The position numbers and the translations under genes are program-made. 64,000 bases of DNA, from NCBI GenBank assembly GCA_051294375.1, contig CM119265.1, positions 18,064,454 through 18,128,453 on the forward strand. The letters run 5' to 3'. Origin of the DNA: Paraspadella gotoi. Lineage: Eukaryota > Animalia > Chaetognatha. The notes below the pieces were generated by a model. The model did not search any database, had not been told where the DNA came from, and was given only the letters and a program-made list of their open reading frames with translations. Below are positions 42,275 to 52,633 of the stretch, in pieces. Each line of letters starts with the position of its first letter. Position 1 is the first letter of the stretch.

Positions 42275-44512
42275 TCGTCAATAAGACTCATTCGGTCAAT
42301 CAATAATTCAATCAATCCCGACCGCGACAGGTTCGTGACGAGGCGGATCAACTTCACTCGTCCTTTTTGTTGGCCTCTGTTTGTGACGAAGGAATGAGAT
42401 CTGCGCAGCTTTTGAGGTTCAATTCAGAATATTTAATAATATTTGGTGTACTATATTGTCATTCATAATCAATTTACTCATTGTGTCATAATTAGTTCTT
42501 TGAATATATTCGGCACATAGTGTATTTTTAAATTTAAAGCTTTTAAATAATTATCGGCTTCAGGTCTCTGTCGCCTCGCACTTTGCTGGAAAAGCATCTC
42601 TTTTAAAGAAAAGAACGGGGCATCAAAAGTCTGGCCCGAGATATCGCTCACTTTCACAATTTTTTGGGGAATATTATGAATTAAATGTAAACTTTTTAGT
42701 TTGGTAATAATATAGCGCTAATTTACTTTGTTTTAGCGTTTAAGGACGGGAGGTGTTAAACGGCCCATTAGTAAAACCGAATAGTCTCTCGGTTTACAAT
42801 TCGCTTACAATTTACAGAAGACATTTTCTGATTGAGCGAACATTTCCATCCATTGTTTCCACCAATGGAATCCCTCGCCGGTTTTGATGATCGGTTTCCC
42901 GATGTGATCGATCACGAGTTTCAATCTGTAACGAAACGAAAATATTTTTACCCGCTAATCGGGTAGCGAATTATTTCGTCCAGTTTTAAATCGCTCAAGC
43001 CTTAAAAGTCAAAGTTCAAAACCTAAAATAATTTTCGTTAATTAAATTCGTCAGTCTTAGTTACCATGTAACTGACTACAGAATTGCTACATATAATGGA
43101 TCTATTCTTCTCCACGTATTAGGCCGCCAAATTTTTTACTCTATTCTTTTCTTTGGTATTACGCTTATAAATTTTTAAAAATTAACAATTAAGCTTTACT
43201 GAGAACTAAGCCTTTCTTAGTGAACTTACCTCGGGAATTTACGTGCGACGCTGAGAGCGGAGGGGTAATGTCGTGGGCGAATGAGGAGATCAAATGTGAA
43301 CCCGGATTCGGACAAAAGGCTCAGAGACTTCGTCACCTCAGGCCTGGAAAATCGAGTGTGGGAAAAGCGTGAGAACGTGAATGAGTGAAAGGCAAAGAGA
43401 GTCGAGAGTAAAGATTGAGAATTGTGAACATAAAAGCTGACAAACTAGACTAAACTAGACAAACTAGAATCTTTCTTTAAAAACCAATGGATTTCTTGTC
43501 CATATGATCGACGTCCCATTCTCATTCACTCACCCAACCAACCAGTCGTCCTTTTCCAAATCCAAAATGTGTCGGAATCCTCGGACCGATGGAATCTCTC
43601 TCAGTTTTTCCAGCTTCGACCGAAGCTCTGACTGACGATACAATTAAACGTTTTCATCGACAACAAACTAATTTTATATAATACAATGTTTCGTCATTCA
43701 TTTCCGTCACCTCCGTTCTGGTCAAGTCTGTCCATAGAACGATTCCTTTGATGAAGGGAAAATTATTTGCCGATTCCGTCATGAATTCTAAGTTTAGTTA
43801 ATAGTAAATTGTTTTAAATCGGTTGGCCATAAATAAATAATCGCAGCTTATCTCTAATTTATAGTTTGTTTTTTGTTTGTTTGTTTGTTTGTTTTTTTAA
43901 AGAAAATAAAAGATAGTGACAGCGACGCGTACAACTCCAGCTTCTATTAACATCACTAACCTTACCGGCTTCTCTCTCATCGACGGTGACCTGAACGAAA
44001 ACGCCTCCGTCGGCTCGACACATTCTTCCGGCGCGCGTTTTCACATCGCCAACGCCCTCCAGCGCCGCCTCCAAATCGGTCGGCAAAAAGTCGCGATAGA
44101 TCAGCGGCATCGATTCATCGGGGAAGATGTAGTGGCAGCGCGAGAGGCGCCAAAGATCTGAGGAGAAATGTCATTGTTGTTGCTGTCTGTCGTACTGAAC
44201 TTTGTTGCCAGAACCATAATGCATGGGTGGAAAAGGAGCTAAAGAAAATTAGAATGAAAAGAATCCAGTGAAACTAAAATGTCTTATGTACCTAGTAGTT
44301 CACCTTAATTTTTTTTCAAGCGACAAAAAAATTACTGTAAATATTGAAAGCGTAAGTCACTCGTTTCGGCCGGTTTCATTTCCTCAAATCATCATCAGTA
44401 TTTAAAAGCCAGATGCACAAATGAATAGAAAAAAATTTGGATAGAAAAAAAGCCAACAATACTCACGAAAATGAGAATCAAAGACTTCAAATGGTTCTTT
44501 GTTTTCTTCCAT
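40522..44512 (-). CDS. Amidohydrolase (Amidohydro_2, L-fuconolactonase-like), 298 aa; exons 44512-44467, 44157-43966, 43787-43711, 43625-43534, 43343-43230, 42925-42809, 40851-40785, 40713-40522
   Basis: Family motifs appear in order: DSHFHLW, FLPTDL, GVFVQ, KGIVLWTDL, RGFRHIL, FTFDLL, LVIDHIGKP, NVFCKLSGM, FGPQRLMFGSDWPVC. All introns are GT-AG and the 897 nt stay in frame. Confidence 0.93.
41118..42606 (+). CDS. Two-EF-hand calcium-binding protein, 199 aa, nested antisense in amidohydrolase intron 6; exons 41118-41365, 41804-41956, 42054-42123, 42331-42416, 42564-42606
   Basis: EF loops DINQDGLIDFEE and DKDSSGGIDFEE. Five exons splice in frame (600 nt) from MGKVIS to ...LLEKHLF*. Confidence 0.85.
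41377..41490. repeat. (GATA)n microsatellite in the nested gene's intron 1; second tract at ~42138-42274
   Basis: Seen directly. Confidence 0.95.
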
Positions 44513-45544
44513 TATTTTGTTATGATAGTATTAAAAAAAAATAAAAAAATACAGAAGCATAAAAAGAGGTTGAAAAGTGTTTTAATGTATTGAATGTATT
44601 AAACATTAAAGGTTTTAATTTTATCACTCGTTGAACTTCGTTCGAAAAAGCAAACAATCTAATCTGACGGTAAAATTGTTCGTAGCGAGCTCTCGGTTCG
44701 GACAGAAGAAAAAAAAATCTTTACACGAAATAAGATCGAGAGATTTAATTTCGAAAACGACCAAAATAATAATTTAATTAACTTATAATGAACAGAAATT
44801 GAAAATTATAATTATTTGGAAATATTTAAAGTATCATTTTTGATAGACGGTCATAAAATGAGGATAATGCGCCGAACATTGAAGGGAACGTAAGAATGTA
44901 AGAGTTAAACTTAATTGATTGTCACAAATCCTGCTTGAGAAAGAGTAGCATTTGAGCGGCGTTTATTTAACTATCACAAAAACAGATTCAAGAAACATTT
45001 TCGAAATAAAGGCGCACCCATTTGCACGATCACTATCAGGCTCCTCTCCGTGAATATGGTGGGAGCAATCACGGATCAAGCGGTGAAAAAATATACTTTC
45101 AATACTTATAACCCTTGCCTTGATAAAAAAAAATTAAAAAAACAAAATCAATTTCTAACAAAATCTCCGAACTTTTTTTATCAATCAGTTTCCGTGATTT
45201 TCCCTGACGAAAAGCAAAACTAAGCTTTCTTTATCACGGCTTTTGTTTCGAAGTAAAAGTAAGGACAAGATCGAAAACCGATTTGCATATTATTCGGATT
45301 TTTTTTTTTCGTGTTAAAAAGAAACGCTTGGCCATGCAGAGAGTCGCGTCTGTATTTTTTAATGTATGTATTTATTTGGCTTTTTTAAACTTCCGAAAAT
45401 TCTCAAGATCCCCTTGAATAATACAACTTATCTATTTTCTAACTTTTATTTATTTCATAATTAATATAGCAGTATTTTTGATTAATTTAATAGACAAAAA
45501 AGTGCTTCTATGGAGTCGCCCGCTGCGACCAATAATTCATTACG

Positions 45545-45552
45545 GTATATAA
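45545..45552 (+). promoter_or_regulatory. Possible TATA box for the WAP gene
   Basis: gtatataa about 60 nt upstream of the ATG at 45609. The AT-rich background limits specificity. Confidence 0.3.
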
Positions 45553-45608
45553 TGAGCTTTAAAGGTGATCTTTAGCAACCTTCTTAGTTTTTCCTCGAAA
45601 GGGAAAAG

Positions 45609-46370
45609 ATGACAGGTTTTCGGTGGAAATTGCTCGCGGTCCTTTTGCTCTGTAAGATTTTTATTACATTTATATCTTTTTTAATTCTATATTTTTTTAA
45701 TTTTTAGCAATTTGCCACCGTTTTCTCTCACTTCTTTTTAAAATTTAAAGATATTTTTAGTCCGGAATTACCAGAATAAGATTTAGACTATCGAATCAAA
45801 ATATTACCAACTAGATTAATATTTTTGTAACTGAATTATTCTACAATTTTATAACAGTTGCCGCGTCGTCTTCCGCCCGGAGGTCGAGATCGAGAAAAGC
45901 GTCCGCCAACGACGACGTCAATGACGACGACGACGACACGAGCGCCAAAATTCGAAAATTAATTGAGCTGAGCAAACGAGAACCGTTTTTCGGCGGACTA
46001 ATCAATAATTTGTTGGGTAAGTCGGTGAAAGATGACCGACAAAAAGGAAAATGACCGACAAAACGGAAAATGAGTCGCTTTTTGTGTTTTCTATTGTAAA
46101 CAGTAAAAGACAAATTTTTTTTTTGGTTTCGAATTCATAAAACTGTAATTGATCGAGTCACGTGATGTTCGAGCAAACATAGAATAATCGAGTAAACAAA
46201 ATCATTCTTTAACTCAAGGCAAGGGCCATGGAGGCCGTCCCAGCAGTGGCGGTGGCGGTGGCGGTGCGCAGCGACGGGCCGCCTCCGGGAATTCTACCGG
46301 GTCTGGTAGAGACCGCCAATAATTTGCTTCCTGGTATCAGCGGCGTCATCAATGGACTTGGAAATGTATT

Positions 46371-46412
<42 letters not shown>

Positions 46413-47650
46413 AGGGCGGAGGCGGCGGCGGTAATGCAAATATATTTACGAATCCCTCACCGACTCCGCCAACGGTGCCGCCCGACGTGGTTACCATTAA
46501 ACCCGACGACTCAGGCGAGTTGCTTTAATGTTCGGCTTTATTAGTATGTTTAATTGTTTATTATCTGTTTCTAAAATCAAAGGCATCCCGGATTCAATAA
46601 GACTCTCTTTGGTTATGAATATTTATTGATAAAAAAAAAGCTAGTTCAACTTAGTAATTTAATGTTTTCTTAGCTTAACATGAAAAAAGTTTACTACGAA
46701 GCTTTTGTATTTTGACCTATGTATAATAGTAAATTTATCTCTCCTGTAATTAATGCTGTTGAAATATTTGCTGATATTCATTCATCGGTCATTTTTGCAG
46801 ATGACTCCGCTCCCGTTCCTGTGACGAACCCTTGGAGAGATCCCATATCTGGCGTCAACATCTCTTGCCCGATGATGCAGATGATAAACGTTGAAAGTTG
46901 CGGACAATCGCGAGACGCTTGCGGTCCGAATAACCCCTGTAAAAAAGGTATCGATCTTCACACTTAAATTTTTAATAACCGAATAAAAAACCATGTCTAA
47001 AACAACTAAGGAAGGCCAGGTTTACAATTATTTCGTCGCTTGAATTTAAATGATAATCACACTTTTTTATGGGTCTATCGTCAAATTTGTCTTCAGGTTC
47101 CACCTGTTGTCCGAGATATCCATGTGGTTTTCAATGCGTCTTCACCGATCTGACTCCAAAGCCTGGAAATTGCCCGGTGAGGTCACGTCCCATCGTCGAG
47201 CACGCCATCTTTTCGGGTAAGTCCGAATCTCAGCGCATTCATCCGCAAATTTTGGAATCTTTTTCTCGTCTGTTTGTATTGAGACTGCATTGGCCATTAA
47301 GAAGATGAACTTTATTTTTATTTTTCAGGAGTGATCAAACCAAAAAACTGTTATTTTGACAGTCATTGCCAGAAAAATTTTAAATGTTGTCCTCCTCTGT
47401 TAGTGCCTTTCAAAAGCAATGTGGACTACATGAACTACAGATCAAGTAGGCAACTATTGTTATTGGTAACACGATAGCATTCAATTCGTAAACCAAAAAA
47501 AAATTTTTTACAGGTGCGATGTCGCAACAATCGCGACAAGGTAAGGTCTTATTTAAACTTAAAAGTTAAATCCTTTGTAACCAAAATTTTTATCAATTTT
47601 TTTCAGACGCAATTATAGAAACAAAATTATGTCTCCCGCCGGAATTTTGA
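45609..47650 (+). CDS. Secreted Gly-rich, double WAP (four-disulfide core) domain preproprotein; exons 45609-45651, 45858-46016, 46219-46514, 46801-46947, 47097-47216, 47329-47445, 47514-47540, 47607-47650
   Basis: Signal peptide, acidic spacer, KR site, poly-Gly and Pro/Thr linker. WAP1 is CP..C..C.....C.....CC....C...C; WAP2 is KPGNCP...CYFDSHCQKNFKCC...CLPP. All introns are phase 1. Exon 3 needs removal of two 1-nt insertions in Gly-codon runs (probable sequencing errors). Confidence 0.82.
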
Positions 47651-48585
47651 ACAATTGATGGATGATAAGATAACGAAGTTTCAATTCAGATGCAAGAAGA
47701 TCGTAGAAACGTTTTTGTATTTTACCTATACTCGTAGAAAAAAACGTTGTTTCTTGCATCTTTATCGATTCCTTAATTTGGGCTGAAAAGTTATGAAGAT
47801 GTTCTTTCGATTTTGTTTTACCGATAACCACTATTTAACACAATATTTTGTTTCAACTCAATGAGGATTCTTTTTCCCCCTGAGATGAATGGGAGAGGAA
47901 AATATAATTCAATTCTTTTTGACTTTTAACAATTTTTCCATTGTGTTAAGGATTATTTCAGCACTGTTTTTTGATTCACCTTCTCCCTAAAACTGATGAT
48001 GAACAACCGGTTGATTCTTGATAATTTGTATAAATTCATATTTTGCTAACGATTCCTCTTTGTAAAAAATATATTAGTTAGTAAATATAAATGAGGTGAG
48101 GCGAAAATGTAATATAAATTAGTTCTGTTAAATTTTGGCAGCTGCAAATGGGATGCAATTTATTAATTCATGAAAGAGATATAGATATTAAAACTATTAT
48201 TGTCTTCTTATGTCAGCTAATGGCTTTTTTAGGAGCAGTTCTGGTTATCTATGATTTACGTAGAATTGTTAAATATCTTCGATAAAAACCGATTCGTATC
48301 ACGATAATCCAAAAATGATAATTTTTTAAAAAAATCAAACTTAGCACCCAGAAAGGATCTTCTTCATGAAATCCTGGCAATGAAATTCTGAGTTAAACTT
48401 TAAAGCGAAGAGCAAATTTACATTTCACTTTTTTCCCAAAAAAGTTGTTTTCATTTCCTTGCCAGAGGGAATTTTCTTTTTTCCCGGTGACACGAAGAAT
48501 TTCTTATTCCTTTGTTTCTAAAAAGAATCATTAGTGGCTTCTGAAGAAAAAAAAAATCTTAAAAGCATAAGGAATCGAGCCTACT

Positions 48586-48800
48586 TTTGATGATAACCAA
48601 ATATTGATGCGATGATAACCAAATATTGATGCGATGATAACCAATAATTGATGCGATGATAATAAAATAACTGATGTGATGATAATCAATATGATTGATG
48701 CGATGAATGTCATTCATTGATGTGATGATAATCATTACATTGATATGATGATATCATTCATTGATGCGATGATAGTCATTCATTGACGCGATGAGTCATT
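48586..48800. repeat. Degenerate minisatellite, ~21-22-bp unit (attgatgcgatgataaccaaat)
   Basis: About ten tandem units that drift in sequence from left to right. Confidence 0.85.
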
Positions 48801-48833
48801 CATCGTAAAAAACAAACAAATGCGTGTATGAAT

Positions 48834-48892
<59 letters not shown>

Positions 48893-49469
48893 AAGAAGTG
48901 AGAGAGGCTGGTCAGTTTTTCACTCTCGTTTATATAAAGTATATCAGAAGCTGGACCGCCCTGCAGAGCTGAACTCGTTTTTCGACGTATCTGAGTAGGA
49001 CGACGACTCTTTTCCTTTCCTTGAATGAATTTTAGATTGTTCTTTTTTTTAAGAAGAAACCAGACCGAGGTAAATTTCATATTTGCATATTTAACTAATT
49101 TATAAATATTTATCCAATTCAAATAATTATTATTTAAAAAAGAATAAAAATGATTAAATATATACACTAAAAATTTACAATTTTTAAAATTGTAAAAATT
49201 ATTAGAATAACAAAAAAGTAATGTTTAATTTGACAATATCCTCTTCTCAACTCCTATTTTTAGTATAATTTGCCAATAGTGGGCCGACGGTCCAAAGTTA
49301 CAGTAATACAAAACAAAAAAAATTTTTTTGTTAGAAAGTTATTAGTGTATTAAATTTAATTTCCGCGCAATTGCGGGACATATAGCAGCTATATGTACGA
49401 GCGCAAGCTGATGTACATGTGACATTGCCTGCATTATAAGTTATTTTTCCTTTTTTCTAAAAGGAATCA

Positions 49470-50565
<1,096 letters not shown>

Positions 50566-51135
50566 ACGCAAGAGATCGCACACAAAGAGAGACAGAGAGA
50601 AACTGAACTCGTTTTTAAACGATTCAGAAAAGGCAGCGCCTAAAAAAAATATATATATAATTAAAAAATAAATAAAAGAAAGGCAAAAAATAGTTACAAT
50701 GGTTTACAATTGGAAACTTTTCCAATTTTTTCCAACGCAGCTTTGTAAAAGATTTTATTTTGATTTGTATTAAAATAAGATATAGCTTCTCATTAAAAAA
50801 ATCCTTTGAGTTCCCATTTTTTATTAGATATTTTAAAAAAAATTTTTTGAATTTCATCTTCAATATTATAATACTGCAATATGTAATTAGCTTAAGCATT
50901 TCTATATACTAATTTGGATATTATAATGAGTACTATAAACTCATTTGCATATTGCAGTAAATCTAATGAAGTGGAAATTCAAACAAAAATACTTAATCAA
51001 TGTATATGAAATATCACAGCTATTTCAAGATGAAAAGCCATATCTAAATTTTTAACTTACTATGATCGCACACTTTTGTAAAACTTTATCATAATTCATA
51101 ATAATTTTTATTTTAAAAAAAACGGTAAGTCACAA

Positions 51136-51276
51136 CAAGCAACCTATAAAGCGTAGTAGTTTTTATATTATGAAACAGCGTGACAACGACGACGGACGAC
51201 GAGGCGACGTCACAAAGAAGCAACCTAAAACATTATAGAGCCTGACCCGGCTTCGCCGGTCAAGGCTCGATAAAAA
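51136..51276 (+). mobile_element. Helitron/Helentron-type 3' terminus
   Basis: GC-rich hairpin gagcctgacccggc-ttc-gccggtcaaggctc followed by gataaaaa, preceded by (GAC)n and a repeated aagcaaccta. Confidence 0.5.
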
Positions 51277-51623
51277 CATCACGAAAAATTCGGATTTTTT
51301 GAACATCTTTTGTTACAATACGACGAGGAGAGAATTCAAAACTGCAAAGAAATTTCAATTTCCATAAGTAAAAAAATTGTTCGACTCTAGCTAAAAATAC
51401 CGCTCCGTTACTTGAACTGACTAAAAACATTGTCAAAAAACAGGTTAATCTTCAAACAATCATCAAACAACTAATTATCACCTCTTTAGAAAAAAACAAT
51501 TAGTGCCCCCGAGGTCACAGCCGCCGCTCTGCGGGATTACAAGCGCAAATCATTGGCAAAAATATTGTGCAGCAGTAATAATCAGCCGTAATAATCAGTC
51601 GTAATATTGAGCGATAACTCAGG

Positions 51624-52556
51624 ATGTCTTCGGTGTCTCTCTCTCCTCTCGACTGGACGCTTTTCGCTCTCCTTCTTTTCGCCTCTTCGCTCATCGGAGT
51701 CTTTTACTCCGTCAAGGATTCAAACTTCGGCCGAAAACTTCTCCGTAAATTTCGGTAAGAAATTTCCATTTCGAAAAAGAAAAAAAAAAGAAAATCATTG
51801 GTCGAATACTGAATAATACACAGAATATCCCGGTTTCAGCTCGAAAAAGATTGGAAACGAGAACAGCGATGCTAAATTCGAAGACAAGAATGCCAAGGTC
51901 AACCGCTTGCGATTTACGATTTATTGTAATATTATTTAATTAATTTTATACGTCGTGAATGCATGCATCGTTAGGACGAATATCTGGTGGGCGGACGACG
52001 AATGCGCGTCTTCCCAGTTTGGATGTCGATGATGGCGTCATTTCTCTCCGCCATTTTGGGTGAGGGAAATTGATATGTCGAAGTCGTTTAACTCGATCGC
52101 ATGGTTATGGGTTAATGGTTATTAATGAATCTTTATTTGCTATTGTGGAATCAAAATATTGATAATCGTCGCTATATGTTCTGATATGAGTTTCCATAAC
52201 ATTTGACTAAAATTAAATTCACTTTACTATTGTTCTTCTTAAGCCTTCCGCCTAAAAAGACCCATTTTCGAATTTCTTTTTCCCCTACACTTAAAAAAAA
52301 TGTCGCGACTGGGGGATTATTGTTCTCCGTTTCTCATGCAAGTCTTTAGGCCGAAGCGTCTCAAAATGAGCTAATAAATACTTAGTAGGAGTAGAGAACG
52401 AGTAGAGAGAAGAGAGAGAGAGGAGAGAGAGAACGAGAGAGAGGAGAGAGTACGTCCTAAGGATGAGATTCTGTGAATAAAGGTGTTACGCGAAAGGCCG
52501 CAAAAATGACTAATAAATTATTGATGGAAAGTTGAAACTGCTGGGGGAAAAGCAGA

Positions 52557-52587
<31 letters not shown>

Positions 52588-52602
52588 TAGAAGAGAGAGA
52601 GT

Positions 52603-52633
<31 letters not shown>

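Noticed and set aside
46219-46514. WAP gene as a pseudogene or programmed frameshift
   Set aside because: Both shifts are +1 within Gly-codon runs in an indel-prone assembly, and all other exons are intact.
48586-48800. CRISPR-like periodicity
   Set aside because: Contiguous degenerate units without unique spacers, eukaryotic context, no cas genes.
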